Positions 39,775 to 52,700 of a stretch of 64,000 nucleotides of DNA are shown in pieces; position 1 is the first letter of the stretch, and the number at the start of each line of letters is the position of its first letter. The notes beneath the pieces were generated by a model, which saw nothing but the letters and a program-made list of their open reading frames with translations, was not told where the DNA came from and ran no database searches. The stretch comes from Amphiscolops sp. MND2022 (lineage: Eukaryota). Location of the stretch: positions 43,898,001-43,962,000 of the forward strand of contig OZ076413.1 in assembly GCA_964187785.1 (NCBI GenBank), given 5' to 3'. Position numbers and translations under genes: made by a program.

Positions 39775-41570
39775 CTGTTTGTGGAGTATAAAGGGACGGA
39801 ACGTTTCCTCGGATGAAACTTTTGACTGAGACTTTTGACTCAGGTGCATTCTTTGCGTCACCGTGGTGGGGAACTTGTAAAACTGAAAAGTGAAAAACAT
39901 GTTTTGCAGCTGCTGTGATTTTGCGTCAGTTGTGGACTTCGAGAATGCCAAAAACTGGATAATAATTTCATTGCAAGCCAGTGGATCTTGTTTTTCTTTG
40001 GATTTGTTCAGCTTTATGATTTGCTCAGAATTCAACATTGTCGGTAAATTGTCATAATCATCTTTGATTTGGGGGAAACCAGCAGAAACAATCTCTGCGT
40101 AAGACTTTCTGGATAACTGTAGTGGCTTTTTCTCCAACAAACCCGACAGTGCCACGACAGGGGGCTCTAAAGTCGCATAAGGCAGTTGTTTAATTTCGCC
40201 AAATGAAGCGTTCAAGCTCGAATATCGATGCTCTTGCTCTGAGTCTCTTGGCGAAACGACTACAGATTGGCGATAACGAGGCGTGCTTTCCGTTAACTCA
40301 TCTTTTCGGAATTGGATGGGCTCTTCCAATTGGCTCGCCGAACTTTGGACTGATGTAATAACTTGAAGATCGGGTTCCTCGTTCAAATTGTCAACGGGAA
40401 TTGGCACTGAATAATCGGTTTCGTCTACTTCATCCAACTCGCTTGTTTCTTCGGTTTTTATATCTTTTGCAGTCGTCTCGAATCTGGAGTAGTTGAGTGA
40501 TAATATTGTGCTAGTGTTTGATTGGTGAACGAATCTAATGTCGTCAATTTCGGACAAGGAATCACTCTTTAGATCAATTTTTCCTGCTTCATTTTGATTG
40601 GAGAACTTCCACTGTTTGATATGGATGGTCTTTTGAGTGGACTTGTCCTTCAGATCAATTTTAAATTTCGAAAATTTCTCCTTCTTTTTGTTGAGAAGCT
40701 CATCGCTGAGACTAATCACTGCCACTAACTGAAAAACGACGAAACATGCTTTGTGATCAAAAAGATCGGTAATTTTAATTTTTTTATCATCGCAATGAAG
40801 ACTTTTTGATTTTTCACTGCCTTTCAAGGTAACACTTTGCATTTCATTGATTGCTTTGAACCCGTTGTGGCCGAAGATTTTTAACTTCCACTCGGAAACT
40901 TTACCGATATCGGCAACTTCCGTTTCCTCTTCCTCGTTATCCATGATCGAATCTATGAAATTCTCAAAAACTCCTGGCTCTTCAAATTCACGCGCTTCGC
41001 TCATCAAATCTTTTACCGCCTGTTTCGTAATAATTTGTGATAACTCCCTAACCGACGAACCAAAGGTAACAGATACTTCATTCAGGAAGATAGAAATTCT
41101 AGGAGCCAATTTGGGAACAGCAAACGAATCAGGTACCCCTGGAACTCTTTCCACCCCAGGAACTTGGGTCTTTGTGCTGACGAACGCATTTTCCGGAAGC
41201 AAACCAGTTATCTGCTGCAACTTTGGATGTGCTTGAATACGGTATGAAATCTCAGAGCTGGGAATTGCTTGCAATCCTGCAGGGTAGTTTTTCCCAATTG
41301 TGACCAAACAACGAGCCGACCCATAATACAACTGGGAACTCTGTTTGTTTTCCTTCTCCGGTACTATTTCACAGTCCAGACAGGTCCAGCCACAACTGAT
41401 TTGCTCCCCACTTGGAGAATTTACTTTGCAAACTTCAAGTAAGACACAGAAATCGGAAGGAACTAATTTTGTGTAAAAGTAAAGAGTTTCGTCAATTTTT
41501 AGGGAATAACTTGCATCTTTCTCAACCACGCTGATAGAGTCAGACTCCCAAATATTTCCCAAGCCACTGA
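39775..41570 (-). CDS. NPHP4: NPHP4 exon 2 (C2-like domains)
   Basis: Contains ETLYFYTKL, SCGW, LLPENAFVS..VPG, GHNG, DPLACNEIIIQFLAFS and FFTFQFYKFP. The phase-0 end fits a CAG|GC donor. Confidence 0.92.
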
Positions 41571-41920
41571 CTGATAATTACCAGGGATCATCGCATCATG
41601 CTCATTTATGGTTTTGCCAATTTCGAAAACATGAAAGCTTAATAAGTTTTCTGGTAAAATCCATCCAATTTTCAACTACGAATTGAATATTTCAAAGTAT
41701 GATTATGCAGGATTCAAACAAGTATAATGAAAAAAGGAGGTAAAAAGAATTCTCTTAAAATTTTCAATGTACTATGAAAAATTTTCTTCAACATTGGAGA
41801 AAAGTATGGAATGCATTTTCAATGTCTACCTTCGAATGATTGTTACTGAAAAACACCGAAAGAATTTGATTGAATTTGAAAAATTTTGATACTGTGTCAG
41901 AGAAGAAATTTGGATGATCC

Positions 41921-42101
41921 CTGTCGGCAAGTGAAACAACATGGCGTGAATTTTAAACTTCATGAATTTGTTGATGGTATCTGCGGGTACCAAAATTGTG
42001 TCGATTTTATCCAAGCATAACTTGACATAAACTTCTTCATTTTTATTACTCTTGGCGTTTCTGTGAGGAGCCAAAACTTTGGCGAAATCTCCAGACGCCA
42101 T
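41921..42101 (-). CDS. NPHP4: NPHP4 first coding exon; donor boundary uncertain
   Basis: ATG in caaaATG context. YVKLCLDKID..FKIHAMLFHLPT resembles the NPHP4 N-terminal strands preceding FFGRTW (here GLGNIW). Confidence 0.7.
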
Positions 42102-42825
42102 TTTGCGATAGATTTTTATGTTAGAGGATGCACAAGTATGTAAATGAATGCACAGATATGATATTCTAAGCTCGCATTTGTTTCACTGTAAAAACGCAGT
42201 TTCGATAATTGTGCACGTGCATTGAAGTACAGTGCTTGACACAAGAAAAAAACATTGGCAGCCACGTGCGGCCGACAGGTTCTAACAAATATTTAGGACA
42301 AATCAGATACTCATCTCCTATCACCGAAATTCTCATTGTAACGAAAACTGAAAGCATGGTGATCTGTTCAAGTTTTTTGCTCTTTTGATTGCATGAAATG
42401 AGTGTAAATGGTTATTTATCAGTTTATCGTTCTTTCCCTCGGTGTCACAAATTTTGCAAAATTCGCCGTATGCTCTTACCAATTATGCATTTCTTACAAG
42501 AATCTTTCAAGTTTGTACAAGAATCGCAAGTTACGCAAATTTGCTACAATCTTGAACTTTGCAAAATTTGCATCTATTCGTTCAACATTTTTTGAATTCT
42601 TTTGTTTCTTCTTTGCCTAAGAACTGAATTAAAAGTCTATATCTCTAACAGGGTTACCTTAATGACCCGGGTAGCAATTAGGGCGCTTTTCGGCTTCGCG
42701 TTTCCTGAAGCCACTAGATAGCTAAGATTTTTGTTTAGATTTTGGGTTAAAGATTGTGGGTTAAATTGTGGGTTATGTTTTAGATGGAAATGGTCCAGAT
42801 TTAAATATTAGTTGGAATAAAATCC

Positions 42826-43989
42826 AACAAGCCGGGAACGGCCCAAGTCGGCGCCATATCTAAGGCTCAAAAACAGCAAAAGGACTTCAATGTGTCAGGT
42901 ATTCTCTTTTACAAAACCCACGTGAGGAAAAAATAGAAAAAAAAGTTTTTTTTTGATTTTTTTTTTGAATTTTTTTGGTCCTCGGTAAGTCGCATAGTGC
43001 CGACAAATGTAAAAGGGGGCATTTGGGAGTTCTTGAACATCCATTCTTTGGAAAAATAGGAAAAAATGGGAACTTTTTCCTTTTCCCCCACACTTTGCAA
43101 GATGATGTTTTTGCAATTAATTATATCTCTATTGCGTTTCCAATGAAACGGTTCAGTTTTAAATTTTTTCTCAGGGTGATAGTTTAGGATTCAGATACAA
43201 ACTTTGTTCACACTTTTTCCCTATGTAGTTACGCATTTTTGATGAAGAAATCAACAGCTTCCTGTTTTGAGTCATCAATAAACACTCAATACGAACATAA
43301 TTAGTCAAATTGTGTGAACAATGTTTTGTTCAAGCGGAAAACTACTCTAATAGTGTGGAGACAACAAAACAAAGGAAAAGACTTATTCGAAGAAATATTG
43401 AATGAGCCAAATATAATCCTTCATGTTGATTTTGTTTTCTTTAAAAAGTGTGGGGGGAAAAGGAAAAAGCCAAAAAATGAAGGGGGGACCCTTTGGAGAC
43501 ATTTGAAAAATTTGCGAAAAAAAGTCTCACTAAGCCGAAAACAACTATTGGAAGCATTTGAAAAAATATATATATTTTTAAAAGGTATTTGGTTAAAGTC
43601 GCACAGTGCCGAAATACCCAAAAAGAGGTCATTTAGGCCCATTAAACGTTTTTTACAAACCGAAAACTTCAAAAAAATGCATGGGGTACCCTTTGATGAT
43701 ATTCGAAAATTTTCGAAAAAAGTCGCAGAGTGCCGAAAAAAACCCAAAGGGGGGACCCTTTGGTCTCACCTGCTGTACTTTTGGAAGCATAAAAATATTA
43801 TGGTTTAGTGCGAGAATCGAACCCCCGCCCTCCGGCTTCAGAAATTTAGTCGAAGATGAACAACAGAACAGATGAACAAATTGTAAAAAGTGGACCATTC
43901 AGAGTGAGATTGTAAGCTGAAAAAGAAAAAAAACTACCCACTGTAATAGTCGGGCTTTTTTCCTTAAGGGAAAAGGCGCCGACTAAAAA
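42826..43989 (-). mobile_element. DINE-1/HINE-like element, same family as 5711-6204, with extra internal sequence
   Basis: Same ends (aacaag..aagtcggcgccatatctaaggctcaaaa ... ctgtaatagtcgggc..gcgccgactaaaaa) and the internal aagtcgcacagtgccgaaa/ggggggaccc repeats. Confidence 0.7.
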
Positions 43990-44899
43990 CACTGTATTTC
44001 ACTGGAGTAACGTCTGGAAATGGTGCCATTTATCACTCTTATGATTTTTTTGACTAAAAGGTTAGCAGCAATTTGTGAGAGTTTTGTACAATATATACAA
44101 TTTTTGTAAGATATTTAGCTAAAATTCGCAAACTTTGTAAGAATCTTGAAAGAGTTAGTGTCAAATAATGCATTTTCTTACAAAATTTTTTGTAATAATT
44201 TTTTCAATTTTCAACTAACAATAGCTGAACAAGCATTATTACCAATCTAAAGTTGCTCAAAACAACTGCGAATCACAACAGTGAGAACATTCTTCAAAAA
44301 CTATCCTACTGCAAAAAAAGGACAGAAAACAATGACAACGATGTCATTGCCTCAAAGACTGAGTTTCTTTGACCCGATCAATCATTTTTTCATCACATGT
44401 TCTATCAATTGTAATCACAAAAACATCATCCTCACGAATACCCACTGATGCGTTCGTAATTTTATGAATCATAACCATGGTGCAAATTATGTATTCACAA
44501 ATTCGCATAAGTGTAGTATTTTGCCCTCTAGCGGTGAAACCTAACATTTTCAAGTAATTGAACGAATCAACACCTTGCCATATTAGCCAATGGTAAGGTG
44601 AGAGAAACAGGAATTGCGTCTTGTCACCTACCACGACAAGCGAGAAACGAGTCGCAATATTGAAGAGAGAACCTGAAAAAGAAGTGAAATTTCGTTATTG
44701 AACTGACGGTCAAAGCGCTTCCAAAACGAACATTGACTTGAGCTATTCTCAGATAGATATCTTTTCTACAACTAGACTTCATCTGAACTTACTCCTACTA
44801 TAAAATCAAATTGCAACTTATTTCATTCTGTTGCTCTAAAATAATTCTCTGGATAACCTGAGCCAACTAGAAGTTCCGAGATTGGTAGCATTGCTGCAT

Positions 44900-46160
44900 T
44901 TTCTTGTTGTGCATGAGACTGTCTTCTCCATGTCAGCTGAGGGGCGGAAAAACCATCACACTGAAAGTTTGAATATTTCATCCAGGAATGATGTTCCAAT
45001 GGAAGATATTGAGGCTAATTCTAACATTCAGAGTCAGCACGCTCAACTAACTCAAAGTAGAGTAATTTCTGCTACTCCTTCTCAAGGTGAAGTTGATGTT
45101 CAGATTGCTCACTTACTTTAGGAACTGGGAGAGATTAAAATGTTGCTTGCTAACTTAACAAAACGGACTTCCTTTCTATTCGAGGAAGGCTGCGACACTG
45201 GCTTCAATAAGAGCAGCCATATCAGGAGAATCCACATTTTGGCAGGAGTCACAGAACCTCACACAGAGCCTTTACGTCACAAAACAGCTACTCATACACT
45301 GACGGCACACCAGTAGGATCACATGAGAATGAACAATTACTCAAGGCGATTCACGATTTACAACGAACATTTCAATCTACCTTTGCCAACACGAAATTGC
45401 TATCGACGCATTCTCCAAACTTTAGAGTCAAAAAAGACAAATTCAATGACATTGGACTGAATCACTGCTCCTGAATCAATTCAGACCTCTGGCCAACAAA
45501 ACCACCGAGGAAAACAAGATACAATTCTTCCAAGTTATTGTGAGACGAAGCAATGGAATATTGGCAGACTATCACCATAAACTCAAGTATCTAACTAACA
45601 AATGAATTGGTACGCTCTTCGAAAGAGTTTGCAAAGGAAGACATGAAAGACGTGGCGAGATACAAATGGAAAGAGACCAAATGCTGCGCAACATGAAATT
45701 TTCGGTGATTTGCTGAAAAAACTCAAAAAACCGCAAAACAAGTTGCAACGAGGCGGTGAACCGCATCAAAATGATCTTGTTTTGAAAACGAGCTGTTGAA
45801 ATTCAACAAAAACTAGCTATTGCAAACAAAAAAGTCATCTCGCTCGAGGAAATAAAGACGTATTTGATAGGCAGGTACAGGTACCAGCAGGTACTTCAAC
45901 CAAAGTCACGGCACAACTCTTTAACCAAACCTCAGCAAATACACAACGCGAAATCCAAAAAGATAACAGCCCACAACAACCAGAGAATAAACAATTCTAC
46001 TGTGCTTCTTCTGTGGGCAGTGCTTCTGCTGTGGCAAAAAAGGACACCCCAAGGAAGAATGCAGACAAGGAGATGAAAAACAACACACAATAAAAATTTT
46101 ATCATCAAACCCCAAAACCAGGACCTGGGGGAAAACCAAAATATAATCCAAATTAGTGTT
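44900..46160 (+). pseudogene. Decayed retrotransposon gag-like relic next to the BEL insertion
   Basis: Degenerate SPNFRVKKDKF...TTEENKIQFFQ capsid-like pattern at ~45410-45560, with many stops. Confidence 0.35.
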
Positions 46161-46166
46161 TATGAG

Positions 46167-46564
46167 TAAAATAGCTGTAGTCTCGGAGCAATTCTACAGA
46201 TCGTTTTGCAAAAGACTTTAAGAAATGAATGGTATATTTCGAACCTTTCTGTTTCATCGAACACAACACAATAGAACAATGATAAAGCTGTATAAATTAA
46301 CGAAACTGACAAAGGCACAAAGGTTGTTTACAAATATTATCAAACATTAATTAAAGTTTCGAGATAGCAAGGTTAAAGTTTCGTATATATTATTTCAAAA
46401 AGTATTTTAGTCGAAAACGGTATTTTAGTATTTTTACCAAAGGTTCCGCAGATTCCGGGAATCGAACTCCGGACCTTTGGAATAGGAACCGAACGCACTA
46501 ACCTATTTCGCCATAGCGCCTTGAGATTAGTTTGTTTTAATCCAATCATATTGTGTACACAACA
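46167..46564 (-). repeat. 3' LTR of the BEL element
   Basis: Direct repeat of 54968-55364, preceded on the minus strand by the PPT-like GGGCCCGGAGGA (46565-46576). Confidence 0.95.
46448..46520 (-). ncRNA. tRNA-like sequence (A and B boxes) inside the 3' LTR
   Basis: GGCGCTATGGCGAAATAGGTTAGTGCGTTCGGTTCCTATTCCAAAGGTCCGGAGTTCGATTCCCGG has tRNA spacing of the A box, variable loop AGGTC and T loop. The stems are imperfect. Confidence 0.65.
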
Positions 46565-46724
46565 TCCTCCGGGCCCAAGAAGATGTGAATGCAAAAAAAA
46601 ACATTTGAATTGAAACGGAAACTTTTTTTGCAAACGGATTACATGGGTTTTTGATGTACATGTTACATTTTATTCATTTTTGGCATGATTACAAGAGAAA
46701 ACAAAAACGAAGAATTATTACAAA

Positions 46725-49700
46725 TTAAGTAAGATTGGGGGAATCGGGGGACGGGAGAACGGGTGCGAGTTTGACAACGGGTCGAACGAGGTTTCCTGTT
46801 GCAGTTTTCAGTTCCGCAGAACGAGCGACAGCGTCGGTACCGTAGTTCAGCTTGACCACACGTGCAAGTGGGTAATGTCCTCGTGGACTCGTAGGCTCCA
46901 CAATCCAGACAAGGTCCCCGGTCTTGAGATCTCGATCTGGTTGGGCTGACCACTTCGAACGGCGGTTAAGCGACGGAACGTAATCTTTTAGCCAACGGTC
47001 CCAAATTGCATCTGAGTACGCTTGCGCACGTGCGTAGCGTTTCCTGTGGTCTACGTCGGCTCTTTGGTGTGATGGCATTGTGGAACCCGCGGTTCCCAAC
47101 AGGAAGTGGTTTGGTGTCAAGGCGTCAAAATCCGTAGCGTCGGAGCTAACGGGTACCAGTGGGCGGGAATTGAGACTCTGTTCTACCAGACAGAAAGTAG
47201 TTGTTAGTATCTCGTTAATTAGGCGACGGTTTCCAAGAATTGCGTAAAAAACGTGTTTGAAGCTCCTGACAATTCGTTCCCAGACACCTCCGTGGTGAGT
47301 GGCACTGGGAGGATTGAACTTCCAGTGGATCCGTTTTTTGACCAAAGCTTCAGACAGAATCTGTTGGTTCCACGCTGACACGTTTTGCAGTAACTCCTTT
47401 TCACTGGCGATGAAACTAGTTCCGTTGTCAGACCACAAAACTGATGGGACGCCCCGACGGGCGGCAAATCTTTCGATTCCCATAACACAGCTACTAGTGT
47501 CCATTGACGGGACAACTTCAAAATGGACAGCTCTGGTTGTTAAGCAAGTGAATAGGAATCCCCATCGTTTTTCGGTTGATCTATTCACAGCTGCGTAAAA
47601 CGGACCAAAATAGTCAATTCCGGTGTTCGTAAATGGACGCCCTTTAAATGCCAGTCTTTCCCGAGGAAGGTCGGACATTATCGGGTTGAGAGTTTCCGCT
47701 CGACGTTTGCGGCAAGTGACACATTTGGAGACAATTGACCTCAGGGCGGTTCTAAGCTTGACGATGGCGAACTGTTGCTGCACCAACGCCCTCATGTAGT
47801 CGACACCCTGATGGCAATGCGTTTCATGGAGCTGCTCTAAGTACAAGCGTACGGCGGGGTGACGGCTGTCCAGTAAAGTAGGGTGTTTTGCGTCGAAGTT
47901 GGAAACTGTTAGTTGTTTGGTCCGACCGGTTGCTCGCAGTAGGCCTTGAGGCCCAATGAAAGGGGAGAATTGGGAAAGTTTAGATAAGTTGCTGACGGGG
48001 GATTTTTTCAGCAAGCACTTCAGTTCGACGGGAAATGACTCTTGTTGGATGAGATAGAAAAGTCTCAATTCAGCATTTCGCATTTCATTTCGGTCAGTTA
48101 CTAACCAGAGTCGGATCGGTAACCTTCGTTTTTTGGCAGTAGGCGCAAAATGTAAGCAACAACGCGCAGAAGTTTCTCGTACGAGCTGTACTTCTGCCAC
48201 TCGAAAGTTGTCGCGATGCCGATCACAGTTGCACTTAAAGCTGTCAAAAATTCAGAAGTTTCTTGTTCCGAAAGGGGAGTGTCCGACTTTTTCGCTTTCA
48301 ATTTGACCTCAAATTCCTTTTGTGGTTTGAACGGCCAGTCGTGTGTTCGCAAGAATGAAGGACCTTTGAGCCAAGGACTGTCACGAAGTGAGTTGGCTGA
48401 AAGACCACGCGTTCCTGCATCAGCGGGGTTGTCACTTGATTTAACATAGTTCCATTCATCCACTGTTGTTAGTTCCAGGATTTCGGCAACGCGGTTGGTT
48501 ACAAACACCGGTTGCTTCTCTAAAGAATGGAGCCACTGAAGGACGGTCGTGCTGTCCGTCCACATGAAAGTGTTAGCAACTCTGACCGTTAGCGCATTTT
48601 CAATTTCTTTTCGGAGTCGTGCAGCAAGCAACGAGGCTTGTAGTTCAAGCTTCGGGATCGTAAGGGCTTTCTTGGGTGCTACTCTGGCTTTCCCAAGACG
48701 AAAGCTAACTCTGTTGTATAGCCAGTCGTGGTGGCAACTTTTCCTCGTAGAAAGGCGACGGCGCTGAAGACATCTTGAGAGCTGTCACCGAACATATGAA
48801 GCTCCAAGGTTTCAACTCGCTCTTCGAAATAGCTCCGTGGGATTTGAATTTCGCTCAAAGTTGGCAGTTCCTTGCTCCATTCGTTGAACTTAGTTACGAT
48901 TTCGTCTGGCAGATCGTCATCCCACTGTTGACCACTTAATCTCCAGATGTCTTTCAACAACAGTCTTGCTTGGACGGTAAACAGAGCAACGAGTCCAATG
49001 GGATCGTAGACAGCTGAAACTAGGCTCAGTACCACTCGTTGAGTAAGTTTCTTGTTCGTAGCAGGGCTCGTTCCCCGACTTACTACGAGGGTGTCACAGG
49101 CATGATTCCATTTAAGTCCCAAGACATGTGAGGACTCGTCTGGTTTCGGAATCATCTTCTCATCGGTTGGTGTTAGTTCACCGCTCTGTTGCAGTTTGGC
49201 TGGAAGGTGGGTAATGTTGGAGACAAACTTGGTTAGATTGAAGCCACCTTTTGCAAGCAGTGTGACCAAGTCCTTTGCTTTGTTACTGGCCTCTTCGACA
49301 GTAGGGCTTGACTCCAAGTAGTCGTCCATGTAAAAACTGCGATGAACGCTTTTTGCTGCTTCAGGGAAAGTGTCTTGGTTATCGCTACCAGTACGCTTCA
49401 GTGCGTAGTTCGCACATGTTGGTGAGTCCTTCGACCCGAAGATGTGCCGGACGTACTGATACACAGCGATTTCTGCAGCTGGGTCTTCCCGCCACAGAAA
49501 ACGAAGTGAAGGTTGATCTTTTGGTATGACTCCAACTTGAAGAAACATACCTTCGATATCGGCAGAGACGGCGTACTTGTGTTGACGAAAGCGGATCAGT
49601 ATGTGTATCAAACTTTGTAGCAAGTCCGGTCCGGTTAACAAGGCGTTGTTCAAAGATTGGCCCTGGAACCTTGCTGCGCCATTCAATACTCTGCGAACTT

Positions 49701-52700
49701 TGCCAGGTTTGTGCGGGTGCACTACAGGATGGTGTGGCAGGTACCACTCGCGGGGTTGGTCTAATTTGAAACAGTCGCTTTTGTCAACTTTGGTGATGTA
49801 ACCTTTGTCGAAGTCGTCGTGAATTGTTTTGGCATAAAGTTGTTTCAATTCAGGATCTTTGTCGAGGCGACGTTCCAACGATTTTAGCTGCACGAGCGCG
49901 GAAAAGTAGTTATTCGGCAAACTACTGTCAGCTTCGGTCCACAACATTCCCACATGGTATCGGTTACCATCGTGGTAAGTCGTTTCTTCAAGTATTTCCA
50001 ACGCTCTCGCATCGGCTGCGGAACGCGAATCTACTTGTTTGTACGCTCCATACGATTCGATATCGTACCAGCTTCGGAGTTGGTCGGCAAGTTCGGAGTC
50101 CAATTCCTTGTTAGAAGCAACAGCTTTAAAACAAGTTGAATAGAGACCTGAGGACGAGGGGAGCGGTCCACTCAAAACCCAACCCAACGGTAAACGAACG
50201 GCAACTGGAGCATTTTTGCGGTCGGAATCAAAATACTCCAGCGGGCGGATCGAGTGGAAAACATCCTGACCTAGGATCATTTCAACATCGGCGTAGCTGT
50301 ACTTTTTCAAAGAGATTGGTTGCAAATGGGGGTACCTTGTTTTCAAAAGTTCGACATCGATGGTGTCAGTTCCGACTTTGAGGTCTTCCCTGACGTACGG
50401 TTTGACAACAAAGGGAGAGCAAGAGCCACCCGAATGAACGGGTGTCAACTTAAGCTCCACCAGTTGCGTGTCTACGACTTGGTTGGAATTTATGCCATGG
50501 ACAGTAAGCTTGGTCGGGGTGCCGTGTACGTTCAACTTCGTTGCCAGATTCGCTGAGATCCAGGAATGGCTGCAGGCAGAATCACACAGTGCTAGGACTT
50601 TTTCATTTGTGCCGTTTGCGTGAAGTTCAACTTCCGTTATTTGTAACAGGCCTTTAACGTCAGCTACGGAAGGCATGCCTGAGCTCTCGTCTGATCTTTC
50701 GTTGTTCATTGACGTCCCAATACAACCAGATGTTTCAGTTTTGTCCTTGTTCACATCAGTGACTTTCTTGGCAAAAATTCTGTCAGCTCCGTGCAAGAAG
50801 GTGTTATGTGAACTTCCGCATCCATCTTTCGTACACTTGCGGGGTTGCGGGCACTGGCGAAACGTGTGATTTGGGTTGAAGCATGAAAAGCAAAGCTTGT
50901 TCTCAGCTACAAGTTTTGCTCTCTCTGTGGGAGATTTCCTTCTGAATGCCGGACATCTCCACAAAGAATGTTTTTCTTTACAGGCGACGCAAGTGTTGGA
51001 CGGTTTGTCGCTTTTACCTTTGGCGCTGACACTTTGTTGACTAGACGTCGTAGCGGCGAAAACCTTAGAAGCAGTCTTGGTCTTAGTTACGGTCACGCTG
51101 TTACTTTCTTCAGGTTTCGCTTTGTTGGGTAGAGACTTCATGCGCTCATGCGCTTCCGCTTTGTCTTTAAGCCAGTCATTGAAGTCAATGAGTGTCGGTC
51201 TGTCCAAAGTTCGCCTCACTGTGTGCAGTGACCATGCTTCTTTCATGTTTGGCGGAAGCTTTTGAACGGCTTGTCCAAGCAATGATGCGCTTGACAGGTC
51301 TTGGACGTAGTTCAGAGAGCGGAAGACCCCAACTAAAGAACAGATTATTGCTGAGTAACTGATGATGCTCTCACTGTTATGCATCTTCACAAGTGGAAAG
51401 TTTGCCAACTTTTCGAGGTAAGCAGTTACAACAGCTTGCGGCTGTCCAAACTTCCGTTCTAGCGTCTTCAGGGCATCTCTATACATCGCTCCACAGTAAG
51501 CAAATTCAGCGATAGCAGTCTTTGCTTTGCCGGTTACAAGGGTCTTGAGGTATGTTAACTTGACGTCATCTGTGAGTGGGGCTGAATCGATAGCACTTTT
51601 GAACTGGCCTAACCATTCGTGCCATTGAATCGGGTCGCCGTTGTATTGTGCTAGTTTCCACTCCGGCAAATGGTCTTTCTTGGTTGAAGCTAACAACAAG
51701 GCAAGATCTTGTATCGTGAATCCGGTTGCACTTGGTTGCATAGTCGTTGACGTTCCGGCTGGTACAAATGTAGCGGCTGTAGGACTGAGAGAAGTTGTCG
51801 GTTGTGCTACTGTACTGTACACAATTGGCGTTGTAACGGTTGCTGGTGGTACATAATATACAGTTCCACCAGCGGTAACGGGTACTGTCGGAGCGGCACA
51901 GGTTGGCTTGTGAGGAACCGGTATGAATGTAGGTGCCGTCGGCTGTGTCGGGGATGGAATTGTTCTTACAATCGGTGCGGTGGTAACGGTCGGGTTCGGG
52001 AAGGTCCAAGCGGACAAGTTGGGGAGGATGTGGTTCACCGGCATTGTGAATGTGGGCATACGTGATGTCGTTTGTGGCGTTAAAACTTGTGCATTAAAGC
52101 TTCCAGTTTGGGCCGGGATGGTTGTCGGTTGAACTTGATGTTGTACTATGACAGCTGATGTTGAAGGTCCGATATTCCCCAAGTTTTGCGCTGTCAATGG
52201 AGGAGTCTGAGTTTGTGAGGAGTGTGATTTAAACTCATTGATGGAACGGTAGTTGTTGGTAGTTGTACTGCCACGTTTGTTTCGTTGGGATCACCTGGTG
52301 CGAAAGTCGGCTGAGAGACATTAACCGGAGGTTGCTGAGATGGAATCGAAACAGTGGTGTTTGTTACCGAAGTCGCTAGACTTGCAGACACCGCTGTTAC
52401 CGTCTCGTGTTGAGTCGTGGCAACGATTGGTGAGTTGTTAACCCAGTCGCTAACTCGGCGTGTTTCGCTAGCGTCCGTTGTTCTGCTGAAACGCGAAAGA
52501 GTTTCGTGAGCATCCTCGTTAGCTTCAGAGGGGTCTTCTTGAAGTTCAAGTTCAGCTAGATGCGCCTCTGCAAGTCGTTTGCGGTTCTCTTCTTGCAGTT
52601 GTTCAAGTTCCAGCTCTTGCTTTTGTTTAGCTAGTCGTAAAGCAGCTTCGTTTTGTCTTTCTACTTCTTCTCGCTTGTGTTTGGCAATAAGCAAGTCTCG

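Noticed and set aside
26418..41930. Exact euglenid rule (CAG at +4..6 pairing with CTG at -8..-6) for the stem-bounded introns
   Set aside because: It keeps the frame for intron 1 but not for intron 6, and normal AG acceptors are present.
46448..46520. Functional tRNA gene in the LTR
   Set aside because: The acceptor and anticodon stems do not pair properly, so it is treated as tRNA-derived.
48100..48700. Programmed frameshifts at G_GGA_AAG and A_AAA_AAC within pol
   Set aside because: They fall inside or between pol domains that BEL elements normally encode in one frame. Single-base deletions explain them better.
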